Below, piece by piece: positions 7,943-17,984 of a DNA stretch of 61,725 nucleotides; the first letter of the stretch is position 1; each line of letters starts with the position of its first letter. The position numbers were made by a program, and so were the translations under genes. Source of the stretch: an uncultured Eubacteriales bacterium (GTDB lineage: Bacteria; Bacillota; Clostridia; Oscillospirales; Butyricicoccaceae); assembly GCA_934636325.1 (NCBI GenBank), contig CAKUAK010000033.1:1-61725 (forward strand), written 5' to 3'. The notes under the pieces were generated by a model. That model saw nothing but the letters and a program-made list of their open reading frames with translations, did no database searches and was not told the DNA's origin.

Positions 7943-9418
7943 TCACAGGATTATACAGATAAGCCCGCCGCTGCCCTCGTTGATTATGCGCTGAAGGGTC
8001 TCCTGGAGCTTGCTTCTGGCGTCCTCGGGCATTTTATAGAGCTTATTGTTGAGGCCTTCGTTGACAAGCTCGCTCAAGGATTTGCCGAAGATATTGCTGT
8101 CCCATATCTTTTCGGGGGAATCCTCGAACTCGGCCAGCAGATATTTGACAAGATCCTCCGACTGCTTTTCGGAGCCGACCACCGGCGATACCTCGGTCTC
8201 TATATCGGCACGGATAAGATGTATCGAGGGCGCGCTGGCCTTCAGCTTGACGCCGTATCGCCCGCCCTGCATGACGATCTGCGGTTTTTCAAGGTGCATC
8301 TCATCGAGTGTAGGCATGACTATGCCGTAACCGGTCTGGCGCACCTGCTCCAGCGCGCCTTCGACCCGCATGTATTTTTCGCGGACCGAGGCCATCTCAC
8401 ACAAAAGGGGCAGAAGGTCGGCGTCGCTTCTGACCTTTACGCCCGACTGGCTCGAAAGGATATCATAATATATATCCCGCGGCAGCCCGACGGTGACGTT
8501 GACCACCCCATCGCCCAGATCTATGCCGTCTATCATGACGGAGGATATACGCCCGCAGCCGTTGAGACCCATGATCCGCCCGCGCACATCCTTCATTTTC
8601 GCCGCGCCCGCGCAGGCCGAGAGCATATCGGAGTAAAGACCTATCTTTATTTCGTTGTCATCGGGCAGAACGCTTACCCAATCAGGAAGTGTAAAGTCAA
8701 ACTCCTTTGCAGGGAATTCATACAGAACGGTCGTAAGTATCTCTGTTATATCCTGTTTTTCAAGCTCCATGCAGTTGACAGGAAGGCAGGATACGCCGTA
8801 TTTTTTTGAAAGACTGTCGGCAAGCTCGACCGTCTGGGGCGCCTTGGGCGACGAGGAATTGAGCAGCATGCAGAAGGGCTTATTTATCTCCTTGAGCTCC
8901 GACACGATGCGTTCTTCGGCGGGGACATAATCGGCGCGGGCGATCTCTCCTATCGTTCCGTCGGTCGTCACCACCAGCCCGATGGTCGAATGCTCTGTTA
9001 TCACCTTTCGGGTCCCGATCTCCGCCGCCTCGGTAAGGGGTATCTCGTGGTCGAACCAGGGGGTCATGACCATGCGCGGGGCGTCGTCCTCGAACTGCCC
9101 CAGCGCACCGTTGACCATATATCCGACGCAGTCTATCATGCGGACGCTGAGGCTTACCGACTCGTCGATAGTTATCTTTACGGCTTCCTCGGGGACGAAC
9201 TTGGGCTCGGCCGTCATTATGGTCCTACCCGACCCGCTCTGGGGCAGCTCGTCTCTGGCCCGCTCCTTCTGGTAAACATTCTCTATATTGGGCAGAACCA
9301 GCTGCTCCATAAAGCTCTTGATAAATGTCGATTTGCCGGTGCGCACAGGGCCGACGATGCCGAGGTATATCTGTTTGCCGGTGCGCTCGGCTATCGACTG
9401 ATAAATGCTTCTTTCCAT
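7943..9418 (-). CDS. spoIVA: stage IV sporulation protein A (spore coat morphogenetic ATPase)
   Basis: N-terminus MERSIYQSIAERTGKQIYLGIVGPVRTGKSTFIK (Walker A). 491 aa, with full-length resemblance to SpoIVA. Confidence 0.95.
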   Translation of the reverse strand: MERSIYQSIAERTGKQIYLGIVGPVRTGKSTFIKSFMEQLVLPNIENVYQKERARDELPQSGSGRTIMTAEPKFVPEEAVKITIDESVSLSVRMIDCVGYMVNGALGQFEDDAPRMVMTPWFDHEIPLTEAAEIGTRKVITEHSTIGLVVTTDGTIGEIARADYVPAEERIVSELKEINKPFCMLLNSSSPKAPQTVELADSLSKKYGVSCLPVNCMELEKQDITEILTTVLYEFPAKEFDFTLPDWVSVLPDDNEIKIGLYSDMLSACAGAAKMKDVRGRIMGLNGCGRISSVMIDGIDLGDGVVNVTVGLPRDIYYDILSSQSGVKVRSDADLLPLLCEMASVREKYMRVEGALEQVRQTGYGIVMPTLDEMHLEKPQIVMQGGRYGVKLKASAPSIHLIRADIETEVSPVVGSEKQSEDLVKYLLAEFEDSPEKIWDSNIFGKSLSELVNEGLNNKLYKMPEDARSKLQETLQRIINEGSGGLICIIL

Positions 9419-9436
9419 GTTGTCCTCCCCTTCGAA

Positions 9437-10963
9437 CTAACGCTGTGCAAAAGGTATGAGTATCAGCCTTCCGGCGGCGATCTCTTCGTCCTCGGCCATG
9501 CGGTTGGCCGCGGCGATGACCCGCGGATATGTGCCATAGGCCTTGGCGATATTCCATATGCTGTCGCTTTTGTCGGCCGATCTTACTATGACCGAGGCCC
9601 GGCTCCCGCCCGTTCTGGCCTTTTCTCTGTCGACCGTCATATCCGATATAACACAGGACGCGCGACGGGAGCTTTCATAACGGCTTATGCGGGCTTCAAA
9701 GCTTACCGATGCCTCTTCGCCGTTCAGCTCCCACTCGGGATGCAGGCATTCGCCGGCACACCATCCGCCCGATCCGATCGGCTCTTCGGCTTCGCCTCCG
9801 GCATATATGCGGCGGGTACAGACAGCCGGAGTGCCGTCGGCCTGCTGGCCGATGAAGGTAAAATAAAACCCTATGCCGGCCTCCCGCTCTTTTTCCTTTA
9901 TGACGGCATCGGCAGGGGTCACAAAAATGTCGATCACCTTTTCGATCCCGGCGTCGAGGGTCACGGTCTCTTTGACGGGCAGCGTCAGCGCCGCCGATCT
10001 GCACCCGCCCTCTAACAGCCATGTTTCGGCGCAGGAGCTCTCCCACTTTATGCTGTAAGCATCGCGCACGGCCGATATCTTCATCCGGCGTCTCACGCGG
10101 CATTGAGCCTCGGCCGTAAAGGTGAACCGCATAACATCGCCGCCGTCGGAGGACGATGTTATCTCGATCTCATCCCTAAGGGGGCGATATTCAAGCTCGG
10201 CCTCGTCATCGGGCGTTATTCCGTCGATCTCTATCATCTGTGAAAACGGGATCGTATATCTGTTGCGGCATGACAGGCTTCCGTCCCCGCAGACCGCGGC
10301 TATCCTGCTTTCGACATGGCCTCTTACCATGACCTTGTTAGCCATGATCTTCGTATCCTCGATCTCCCAGAGGGTATCGGTCCTTACGATAACGCAGCTG
10401 CTGTCGAGGCGTTCGCCGTCAAGACGTATCTCATCTCCGACGACGATCCGTTTTGAAACGACGCCGGTCAAAAGGCTGACGTCGACGGTATCCCCGCGAC
10501 TGCACACCCCGTCGTCATCGCCGGATATCAGCCTTTCGGCATATTCCTGAACGCATTTATGGTATACCCGCCGAAAGACCTCGACCTGTATTTTGACCGA
10601 TACCTTTCTCGGGTTTATCATCGACGCCGCGGCCGACAGCACCTTTACCGTCACCTCTGCCCTGTCCTCTTCGCCCATGTTTCCCAGCTCTCTGGAAAAA
10701 GAAAAGGGCACGGCGGCGTTTATCCTGTGGGGCGTATGTCCCTCTGTCGAAATATAGCTTATGCAGCAGTTGACGCTGCCGGCCGCTTTAACGAGCCCCT
10801 CCTGGCAGCTCTTTTCCTGAACATAAAGCAGAGGGCCGGCGGCTATTATCTGCAATATATCGGGCTCTGTATCGGGAACGATGACGACGAGGCTCTCGTC
10901 AAGTATATCGACGTCGGCCGACGCCATATCATAATGACCGAGCCGATTCTTTACGATCTCCAT
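9437..10963 (-). CDS. DUF3794/SPOCS-repeat protein with C-terminal LysM domain (SipL/SpoVID-like coat morphogenetic protein)
   Basis: 508 aa. The C-terminal LysM-like segment is SDSIWNIAKAYGTYPRVIAAANRMAEDEEIAAGRLILIP. The stop is only 18 nt upstream of spoIVA. The size and architecture match the clostridial SpoIVA partner SipL as I recall it. Confidence 0.7.
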   Translation of the reverse strand: MEIVKNRLGHYDMASADVDILDESLVVIVPDTEPDILQIIAAGPLLYVQEKSCQEGLVKAAGSVNCCISYISTEGHTPHRINAAVPFSFSRELGNMGEEDRAEVTVKVLSAAASMINPRKVSVKIQVEVFRRVYHKCVQEYAERLISGDDDGVCSRGDTVDVSLLTGVVSKRIVVGDEIRLDGERLDSSCVIVRTDTLWEIEDTKIMANKVMVRGHVESRIAAVCGDGSLSCRNRYTIPFSQMIEIDGITPDDEAELEYRPLRDEIEITSSSDGGDVMRFTFTAEAQCRVRRRMKISAVRDAYSIKWESSCAETWLLEGGCRSAALTLPVKETVTLDAGIEKVIDIFVTPADAVIKEKEREAGIGFYFTFIGQQADGTPAVCTRRIYAGGEAEEPIGSGGWCAGECLHPEWELNGEEASVSFEARISRYESSRRASCVISDMTVDREKARTGGSRASVIVRSADKSDSIWNIAKAYGTYPRVIAAANRMAEDEEIAAGRLILIPFAQR

Positions 10964-11050
10964 TGCTCTTCCAACCTTTCCGGGTTTTGATTTGGTTAAT
11001 ATCTATTAGGGCTTGGATATAAATATGCCTGCCGATCGCCGAAAGAGATG

Positions 11051-11086
11051 CAAAAAGCCCGGCAGACCGTTTTAGGTCCGCCGGGC
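11051..11086 (-). terminator. rho-independent terminator after pepF
   Basis: GCCCGGCAGACC / GGTCCGCCGGGC 12-bp stem (1 mismatch). On the minus strand it is followed by UUUUUG. Confidence 0.7.
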
Positions 11087-11113
11087 ATATGCCGGTCAGT
11101 ATATATCTGATAT

Positions 11114-12811
11114 TTAAAGCAGCCCGATATTTTTGTCGATGAACTCGCCCGCCGCCTTGACAGCTCCGTCGAGCGCGCCGTCCTCAAAGGGGACGTCAAG
11201 CCCGGCGTGCTCCACAAGGCCGACAAAGGTACGGCTGCCGCCCTGGCGGGTATAGGCCATATACTTATCCCATGCGGCCTGCCATCCGTCGGAAAGCATG
11301 ACGGCCAGAACCTCGAGAGCGACCGTCTGCGCCAGACAATAATCTATATAATAGAAGGGGTTGGTATAGATATGGAGCTGGCGCTGCCATGTCCTGCCCT
11401 GAGAATAGAAGGGCAGATCCTCGAAGTCGATATAGGGGCGGTACTGCTTTTCAAGCTCGGCCCACTTCTCGTGGCGCTGGACCGGGGTGAGCTCGGGGTT
11501 GTCATAGACGATATGCTGGAACTCATCGACCATGCAGCCATAGGGCAGGAACTCCAGCGCGCCGATAAGGTGTATAAGGCGGGCCTTTTCGGTGTTCTCG
11601 CCGTAAAAACGTTCGAGATAGGGCCAGCAGAGGAACTCCATCGACATCGAATGGACCTCGCAACTTTCCAGCGTCGGATCGCTCAGCCCCATATGATCCT
11701 TATCATCCATCATGAGGGACGCGGCAAAGGCATGGCCGCCCTCGTGGGTAAAGACCTCTACGTCCCCCGCCGTGCCGTTGAAGTTGGCAAAAATGAAGGG
11801 GGTCTTATAATCGGGCAGAACGGTGCAGTAGCCGCCGGTCATCTTATTCTCCCTCGAATAGAGGTCGAAGGCGCCCAGCTCGTCCATGCCGTTTATCATT
11901 GCCGCCGCTTCGGGCCCGAGCTCGCGGTACATCTCGACGCCGGCGTTATAAAGATCCTCATCCTCCAGGATCGGTTTGGGGTTGCCATCCTTTGTCTTTA
12001 TGCCGTCGTCATAAAAGGAGATATGGTCGAGGCCCAGCCTTTCGGCCTGCTTTTCCTTGAGATGCGCGACAAGAGGGACGATCTTATCCTTGACCTGCTG
12101 GCGGAAGTTCTTTACCATCTCGGGGTCATAGCTGTTTCTTGTCATACGCAGATAGCCGAGGGGCGTAAAGCTTTCGTATCCCAGCGTGCGGGCTATCTTT
12201 GTCCTTATGGCGACCATCTTGTCGTATATCTCGTCATATTCGGCAGCCTTGCTCAAAAATGCCCTGCCCTCTGCCTCATAGGCCTCGCGGCGGGTGGCGC
12301 GGTCGCTGCTGGTCTTAAAACGCCCCATGTTAGTAAGCGGGTATGTCTCACCGCGGAAATCGACGGTCAGCGAACCCTGGAGCTTCTGATATTCGATGGT
12401 CAGCAGGCTCTCCTCGTGGAGCATAGAGAGTATCTCGGGCGAAATGGTCTTGAGAGATATCTCGGCATTTATAAAGGCGACACTTCCGAACTGCTCTTCA
12501 AGATAGGCGCGGAAGGGGCTTTCCAGCATGGCCTTATAAAACGAATTGATCTTTTCCATAAAGGGAGGCACGACCTCGGCGTAATACTGCTCTTCGGCTT
12601 CATAGAACTCGTCGGCGGTATTCTGGGTCGATCTTATGGAAGAAAGCGATAATATGGTCGATATATGCCTTTCATCGGCAATGAACTCGCGCAGAACGGC
12701 GGCGGCCTCCTCGCCCGACGCGGCGGCGCTCAGCCTTGCCGTCAGGGTCTCTACCCTATTTATATACAGCGGCACATCAAGGCGGCTGTACGGAGCTTCA
12801 GATATCTTCAT
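11114..12811 (-). CDS. pepF: oligoendopeptidase F (M3B family)
   Basis: HEGGHAF zinc motif and ~565 aa M3B-like length. ATG at 12811 is preferred (AAGGA upstream). The track ORF begins two codons earlier at GTG 12817. Confidence 0.9.
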   Translation of the reverse strand: MKISEAPYSRLDVPLYINRVETLTARLSAAASGEEAAAVLREFIADERHISTILSLSSIRSTQNTADEFYEAEEQYYAEVVPPFMEKINSFYKAMLESPFRAYLEEQFGSVAFINAEISLKTISPEILSMLHEESLLTIEYQKLQGSLTVDFRGETYPLTNMGRFKTSSDRATRREAYEAEGRAFLSKAAEYDEIYDKMVAIRTKIARTLGYESFTPLGYLRMTRNSYDPEMVKNFRQQVKDKIVPLVAHLKEKQAERLGLDHISFYDDGIKTKDGNPKPILEDEDLYNAGVEMYRELGPEAAAMINGMDELGAFDLYSRENKMTGGYCTVLPDYKTPFIFANFNGTAGDVEVFTHEGGHAFAASLMMDDKDHMGLSDPTLESCEVHSMSMEFLCWPYLERFYGENTEKARLIHLIGALEFLPYGCMVDEFQHIVYDNPELTPVQRHEKWAELEKQYRPYIDFEDLPFYSQGRTWQRQLHIYTNPFYYIDYCLAQTVALEVLAVMLSDGWQAAWDKYMAYTRQGGSRTFVGLVEHAGLDVPFEDGALDGAVKAAGEFIDKNIGLL

Positions 12812-12837
12812 ATGCACCCATCCTTTTCCGGTTTATC

Positions 12838-12869
12838 CGCGGCCCGGATCCTGAATGATCCGGGCCGCG
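12838..12869. repeat. perfect 13-bp inverted repeat (hairpin/operator candidate)
   Basis: CGCGGCCCGGATC (12838-12850), CTGAAT, GATCCGGGCCGCG (12857-12869), about 20 nt upstream of the pepF start. No U-tract on either side. Confidence 0.8.
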
Positions 12870-12974
12870 ATCTTATAAAAGTATACAGCTTTGGGAGAGT
12901 AAAGTCAATCAAAGTTTCGTGATGATTTTAACATTATTTTGAATTTTTACATGCCACTATGTCAGGCAAAAGTG

Positions 12975-13003
12975 TTGTATTTTTGATATATCCGATGTAT
13001 AAT
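12975..13003 (+). promoter_or_regulatory. sigma-A type promoter for the rnf operon
   Basis: TTGTAT (12975-12980), 17 nt, TATAAT (12998-13003), in an AT-rich region 55 nt upstream of rnfC. Confidence 0.55.
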
Positions 13004-13058
13004 AACGCTATGCTTTTTTTACATGGGTAAATTATAAATTACACATAGAGGTGATGTT

Positions 13059-14369
13059 ATGTCCCAAACCTTCAAGGGCGGCGTCCACCCGGACGATCAC
13101 AAGTCGCTCACACATCAGAAACCAATAGAGCAGCTGCCCTTGCCGCAGCAGGTCATACTCCCGATGTCCATGCATATTGGCGCTCCCTGCCAGCCTGTCG
13201 TTGCCGTTGGCGACCATGTTTTCATGGGTCAGACGATCGGCACCTCCCCGGCCGCAGTATCCGCACCGGTGCATGCGACCATATCGGGCACAGTAAAGTC
13301 GGTCGGCCCGATGCTCCACCCCAACGGCACGATGGTCCAGTCGGTAGTCATCGAAAACGACTTCAAGGACGAGCTCGATCCGTCGGTCGTGCCCATAGAC
13401 CATTCATCCATGTCGCCCGAGGATATGATAGCGCGCATACGGGACGCCGGCATCGTCGGCCACGGCGGCGCGGCTTTCCCGACACATATAAAGCTCTCTT
13501 CGGCTATCGGCAAGGTCGATACCGTCATTATAAACGGCGCCGAATGTGAACCCTATCTCACATCCGACCACCGCATACTCACCGAGTATCCCTGGGAGGT
13601 CATTTCCGGCGTACAGCTCATACTCAAGATACTCAACATCAAAAACGCCTATATCGGCATAGAGGTCAACAAAAGCGACGTCTTTGACGGGGTCAAAAAA
13701 TGTCTGCCCGGCGACGGCAGCATAAAGCTGGTCCCCCTCATGACCAAATACCCCCAGGGCGCCGAAAAACAGCTGATCAAATCGGTCACCGGACGCGAGG
13801 TCCCCTCTGGCAAGCTGCCGGCCGACGCCGGATGTGCCGTATTCAACGTAGACACGGCCGCCTCGATATTCCGTCTCTTCAATTCCGGCATGCCCATGCT
13901 GCGAAGGATCGTCACGGTATCGGGCCCTGATATGGCGCTGCCCAAAAACCTTGAGGTCCGCATCGGCACGCCGATCAAGGATCTTATCGAATTCTGCGGC
14001 GGCTTTACAGAGCCCCCCACGAAGCTGCTCATGGGCGGACCGATGATGGGCACCGCCCTCTTCAGCGACGAGGTCCCGGTCATCAAGGGCACCAACGGCA
14101 TACTGGCCTTTGCCGAGACAGAGCCGCTTCACCTGCCCGACCCCAAGTGCATCCGCTGCGGCAAATGCGTCACCGACTGTCCCATGCATCTCATCCCCAC
14201 CTATATATATCAGGCATATATGGCCGGAAAGATGGATGACTGCAAGTCATACCATCCGCTGGACTGCATCGAGTGCGGCGTCTGTTCTTATACCTGCCCC
14301 GCCAAGATACCCCTTACGCAGGGCATCCGCACCGCCAAACAGCAGATAATCGCAGCCAGCAGAAAGTGA
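13059..14369 (+). CDS. rnfC: Rnf electron-transport complex subunit C
   Basis: Two ferredoxin-type motifs, CIRCGKCVTDCP and CIECGVCSYTCP, plus a GHGGAAFPT nucleotide-binding region. First gene of a C-D-G-E-A-B cluster. Confidence 0.95.
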   Translation: MSQTFKGGVHPDDHKSLTHQKPIEQLPLPQQVILPMSMHIGAPCQPVVAVGDHVFMGQTIGTSPAAVSAPVHATISGTVKSVGPMLHPNGTMVQSVVIENDFKDELDPSVVPIDHSSMSPEDMIARIRDAGIVGHGGAAFPTHIKLSSAIGKVDTVIINGAECEPYLTSDHRILTEYPWEVISGVQLILKILNIKNAYIGIEVNKSDVFDGVKKCLPGDGSIKLVPLMTKYPQGAEKQLIKSVTGREVPSGKLPADAGCAVFNVDTAASIFRLFNSGMPMLRRIVTVSGPDMALPKNLEVRIGTPIKDLIEFCGGFTEPPTKLLMGGPMMGTALFSDEVPVIKGTNGILAFAETEPLHLPDPKCIRCGKCVTDCPMHLIPTYIYQAYMAGKMDDCKSYHPLDCIECGVCSYTCPAKIPLTQGIRTAKQQIIAASRK

Positions 14370-14381
14370 GGAAACCCAGAT

Positions 14382-15383
14382 ATGAACGATCTTTCAAAGC
14401 TCAAGGTAAGCTCTTCTCCCCATATAAGAGCGGCCAACACGATCCGTCAGATCATGCTCGACGTGCTAATAGCGCTGACTCCCGCCCTTGTCATCGGCAT
14501 TTTCGTCTATGGCCTTCGCGCCCTGACGGTGACCCTCTGTTCGGTGGCCGGATGTGTCTTTTTCGAATGGATATACGAGGTCATCTCGCATAAGCCCATC
14601 ACGATAAAGGACCTCTCGGCGTCTGTCACCGGCGTTCTTCTGGCATTCTGCCTGCCGGTATCATCCCCCCTCTGGATGGTGCTTCTCGGCGATCTCTTCG
14701 CCATCGTTGTCGTCAAGCAGCTTTTCGGCGGCATCGGCAAGAACTTCGTCAACCCGGCCCTTTCGGCAAGAGCCTTTCTTCTGGCCGCCTTTGCCGGCAT
14801 CGTCTCGGTCATCCCGAGGATCAGAACGGCCCTTCCCCTCTTCACAACCCCGGTAGACGTCGTGACGACCTCGACGCCGCTGGTCCAGATGAAGCAGGGC
14901 GCGCTGCCTGATATCTCGATCCTTCAGGACGCTCTCGGCATGGTCGGCGGATGCATCGGCGAGATATCGGCCCTGGCCCTTCTTGCCGGCGGCGTGTATC
15001 TCGTTTACCGCAAGGTCATCTCGCCGAAGATCCCCCTGATATACATCGGAACGGTAGCCATCGTCACCTTTATCTTCCCTCAGGGCAATAATAACCTGAC
15101 ATGGATGGCCTATCAGCTCCTGTCGGGCGGCCTTATGCTCGGCGCCATATTCATGGCCACCGATTATACGACATCGCCCATCACGCCCAACGGCCAGATC
15201 GTCTATGCCGTCGGCTGTGGGCTCCTTACGGTATTTATCCGCTATTTCGGCACCTATCCCGAAGGCGTTTCCTATGCCATACTGGTCATGAACCTTTTCG
15301 TCAATCTTATCGAAAAGGCCACCATCCCCCGCCGCTTCGGCGAGATCAAGCAGAGAAAGAAGGCAGCCACAAATGAAAAATAA
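14382..15383 (+). CDS. rnfD: Rnf complex subunit D (NqrB-like membrane subunit)
   Basis: 333-aa polytopic protein in the conserved position after rnfC. Confidence 0.93.
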   Translation: MNDLSKLKVSSSPHIRAANTIRQIMLDVLIALTPALVIGIFVYGLRALTVTLCSVAGCVFFEWIYEVISHKPITIKDLSASVTGVLLAFCLPVSSPLWMVLLGDLFAIVVVKQLFGGIGKNFVNPALSARAFLLAAFAGIVSVIPRIRTALPLFTTPVDVVTTSTPLVQMKQGALPDISILQDALGMVGGCIGEISALALLAGGVYLVYRKVISPKIPLIYIGTVAIVTFIFPQGNNNLTWMAYQLLSGGLMLGAIFMATDYTTSPITPNGQIVYAVGCGLLTVFIRYFGTYPEGVSYAILVMNLFVNLIEKATIPRRFGEIKQRKKAATNEK

Positions 15384-15942
15384 CGAGTATATCCGTCTCG
15401 GCGGCGTCCTTCTCATCATCACCTCTGTCGTCGCGCTGCTGCTCGGCTTCTTCAACAGCAAGACGGCATCTGTCATCGCCGAGGCCGAAGCCCGGAAAAA
15501 GCAGGATTCGATGTCATCGGTCATGGAGGGTGCGGCTTCCTTCGTGCCCTATGACGGCGAGCTTGAGCTGACCGGCCCGATCACCGAGCTCAATCTGGCA
15601 TATAACGATGCCGGGGACCTTATAGGCTATTGCTTCACACTTGTCACAAGGGGCTATGGCGGAGACATAACCATCATGGCCGGCATTAACACAGAGGATA
15701 CGGTCACCGGAGTCGAGATCGTGAGCCATTCTGAAACGGCCGGCCTTGGCGCGAATGCCAATACTCCCGCATGGCTGTCGCAATTTGCCGGCAAGACCCA
15801 GGGACTTTCGGTCGTCAAGAATCTTCCCCAGGGCAACCAGATCCAGGCCGTGACAAGCGCCACCATCACATCGAAGGCCGTGACCGGAGCTATTGATGAA
15901 GCGCTGGTATTCGCCCAGACCCTTGCAGAAAAGGAGGATTAA
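15373..15942 (+). CDS. rnfG: Rnf complex subunit G (FMN-binding)
   Basis: N-terminal TM anchor and FMN-attachment-type motif AVTSATITSKAV. Overlaps the rnfD stop by 11 nt. Confidence 0.93.
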   Translation: MKNNEYIRLGGVLLIITSVVALLLGFFNSKTASVIAEAEARKKQDSMSSVMEGAASFVPYDGELELTGPITELNLAYNDAGDLIGYCFTLVTRGYGGDITIMAGINTEDTVTGVEIVSHSETAGLGANANTPAWLSQFAGKTQGLSVVKNLPQGNQIQAVTSATITSKAVTGAIDEALVFAQTLAEKED

Positions 15943-15945
15943 CAG

Positions 15946-16560
15946 ATGAACTCTTTTTTCAAACAGCTTAAAGAGGGCGTCCTGACCAACAACCCCATAT
16001 TCGTTCAGCTTATTGGCATGTGCCCGACGCTGGCTACCAGCACCTCGCTCAAAAACGGCATCGGCATGGGGCTTGCCGTCACATTCGTCCTTATGTGCTC
16101 CAACCTTGTTATCTCGATCCTCAGGGAGTTCATCCCCTCGAAGATACGCATCGCCGCCTATATCGTCATCATCGCCGGATTCGTCACCGTTGTCGACCTG
16201 ACCCTTCAGGCCTACATGCAGGAGCTTTCCTCTTCGCTGGGCATGTTCATACCTCTTATCGTCGTCAACTGCATCATTCTTGCCCGCGCAGAGGCCTTTG
16301 CCTCCAAGAACGCCCCGCTGCCCTCTCTCATCGACGGCCTTACCATGGGCCTCGGCTTTACCGTCGCCATCTCCATCCTGAGCACGGTAAGAGAGCTTCT
16401 GGGCGCAGGCACGATCTATGGCGTACAGGTATTCGGCCAGGGCTATACCCCGATAATCATGATGATCCTCCCCGCCGGAGGCTTCCTGACCCTCGGGTTC
16501 CTCATCGCCGTATTCCAGCACTTCATGGAAAAGAACAAAAAGAAGGAGGCGTCCAAATAA
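15946..16560 (+). CDS. rnfE: Rnf complex subunit E
   Basis: 204-aa polytopic NqrD/RnfE-like protein ([15 protein letters not shown]). Confidence 0.93.
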   Translation: MNSFFKQLKEGVLTNNPIFVQLIGMCPTLATSTSLKNGIGMGLAVTFVLMCSNLVISILREFIPSKIRIAAYIVIIAGFVTVVDLTLQAYMQELSSSLGMFIPLIVVNCIILARAEAFASKNAPLPSLIDGLTMGLGFTVAISILSTVRELLGAGTIYGVQVFGQGYTPIIMMILPAGGFLTLGFLIAVFQHFMEKNKKKEASK

Positions 16561-17147
16561 TGAGCGGCCTTAAATATTTCTTCTCTCTTTCACTGTCGGC
16601 CATCCTTATCGAGAACTTTATCTTTGTAAAGTTCCTCGGATGCTGCCCCTTCCTCGGTGTTTCAAAAAAGACCGACACGGCCTTCGGCATGGGCATCGCC
16701 GTTATCTTTGTCATGACGGTGGCTTCGGCCGCCACCAATCTGGTCAACACATATATCCTGCGCGAGGATTTCGCGTATATGCGCACCGTCGTCTTTATCC
16801 TCATAATCGCGGCGCTGGTCCAGTTCATCGAGATGTTCCTCATGAAATCAATGCCGGCCCTTTATGAATCCCTCGGCATATACCTGCCTCTTATCACGAC
16901 CAACTGCGCCGTACTCGGCGTCGCCAACCTCAACGTCGCCAACGGCCTCAACTTCATAAGCTCGGTCGTATACGGCTTCTCCGCCGGTGTCGGCTTTACC
17001 CTCGCCATCGTTCTTTTCGCGTCGGTGCGAGAGCGTCTTGAATATGCCGAATACCCGAAGTGCTTCTCCGGTTTCCCCATCGCCCTTATCGCCGCGTCGC
17101 TTCTGTCGATCGCTTTCATGGGCTTCCAGGGTCTTTCGGTATTTTAA
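16560..17147 (+). CDS. rnfA: Rnf complex subunit A
   Basis: [33 protein letters not shown] is NqrE/RnfA-like. The ATG at 16560 overlaps the rnfE TAA. The track ORF (from 16020) is an out-of-context upstream extension overlapping rnfE. Confidence 0.93.
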   Translation: MSGLKYFFSLSLSAILIENFIFVKFLGCCPFLGVSKKTDTAFGMGIAVIFVMTVASAATNLVNTYILREDFAYMRTVVFILIIAALVQFIEMFLMKSMPALYESLGIYLPLITTNCAVLGVANLNVANGLNFISSVVYGFSAGVGFTLAIVLFASVRERLEYAEYPKCFSGFPIALIAASLLSIAFMGFQGLSVF

Positions 17148-17163
17148 TGGGAGGTAAAGTCAA

Positions 17164-17973
17164 ATGCAAACCTTTGTTTATCCCGTCCTGATCCTTGGCG
17201 GGCTCGGCCTCTTTTTCGGCCTGCTGCTGGCCTTCGGATCAAAGATATTCCATGTCGACAAGGATGAGCGCGAGGCCCAGATAGTCGAGGCCCTTCCCGG
17301 CGCGAACTGTGGAGGCTGCGGATACTCCGGCTGTGCCGCCCTTGCCGCCGCCATACTCAAGGGCGAGGCCGACGTCAACACCTGCCCTGTCGGCGGCGCC
17401 AAAAGCGCCGAGGCCATTGCCGCCATCATGGGTGTCGAGGCCAAGCCGATCGCAAAAATGGCCGCCCACGTCGGCTGCCGCGGCGGAATCAACGCCAAGC
17501 GCAAGTTCGAGTACGACGGCATAACCGACTGTGTCGCCGCATCCAAGATCGCCGGCGGCCCGCTTGAATGTGCTTACGGCTGTCTCGGCCTCGGGACCTG
17601 CGTAAAGGCCTGCCCTTATGACGCCATCCATATCGTCAACGGCGTGGCCGAGGTCAACGCCGCCTCATGTAAGGCCTGCGGCAAATGTGTCGCCGCCTGC
17701 CCCCGCCACATAATCTCGATCCTCAAGGATCCCCTCGACATCGCCGTCAGCTGCTCTTCTCACCAGCGCGGCGCCGAGCTGCGGAAGATATGCAACATTG
17801 GCTGCATCGGCTGTATGCTCTGCCAGCGCAACTGCCCCACCGGCGCTATCACGGTCAGCGACAATCTGGCTTCCATTGATTATGACAAGTGCATCGGCTG
17901 CGGCAAATGTGTCAGTGTTTGCCCGAGAAAACTTATTGTCGACGCCAGTGATCATGTGGTAAAATCAGAATAA
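17164..17973 (+). CDS. rnfB: Rnf complex subunit B (polyferredoxin)
   Basis: N-terminal TM, a CGGCGYSGC cluster motif, and several CxxCxxCxxxCP 4Fe-4S motifs. Confidence 0.93.
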   Translation: MQTFVYPVLILGGLGLFFGLLLAFGSKIFHVDKDEREAQIVEALPGANCGGCGYSGCAALAAAILKGEADVNTCPVGGAKSAEAIAAIMGVEAKPIAKMAAHVGCRGGINAKRKFEYDGITDCVAASKIAGGPLECAYGCLGLGTCVKACPYDAIHIVNGVAEVNAASCKACGKCVAACPRHIISILKDPLDIAVSCSSHQRGAELRKICNIGCIGCMLCQRNCPTGAITVSDNLASIDYDKCIGCGKCVSVCPRKLIVDASDHVVKSE

Positions 17974-17984
17974 GAGATATTATC

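Noticed and set aside
10964-11050. A candidate sigma-E/sigma-K promoter upstream of the SipL-like gene (GCATATT ... AATAGATA), and a sigma-G-like GCATG-18-CATCTCC upstream of spoIVB (43335-43370).
   Set aside because: The -35-like parts fit, but the -10 elements match only about half of the consensus positions. This cannot be supported from sequence alone.
16020-16559. An upstream 180-codon extension of the rnfA reading frame.
   Set aside because: It overlaps rnfE completely in another frame and encodes an Arg/His/Pro-rich sequence. rnfA begins at the ATG overlapping the rnfE stop.
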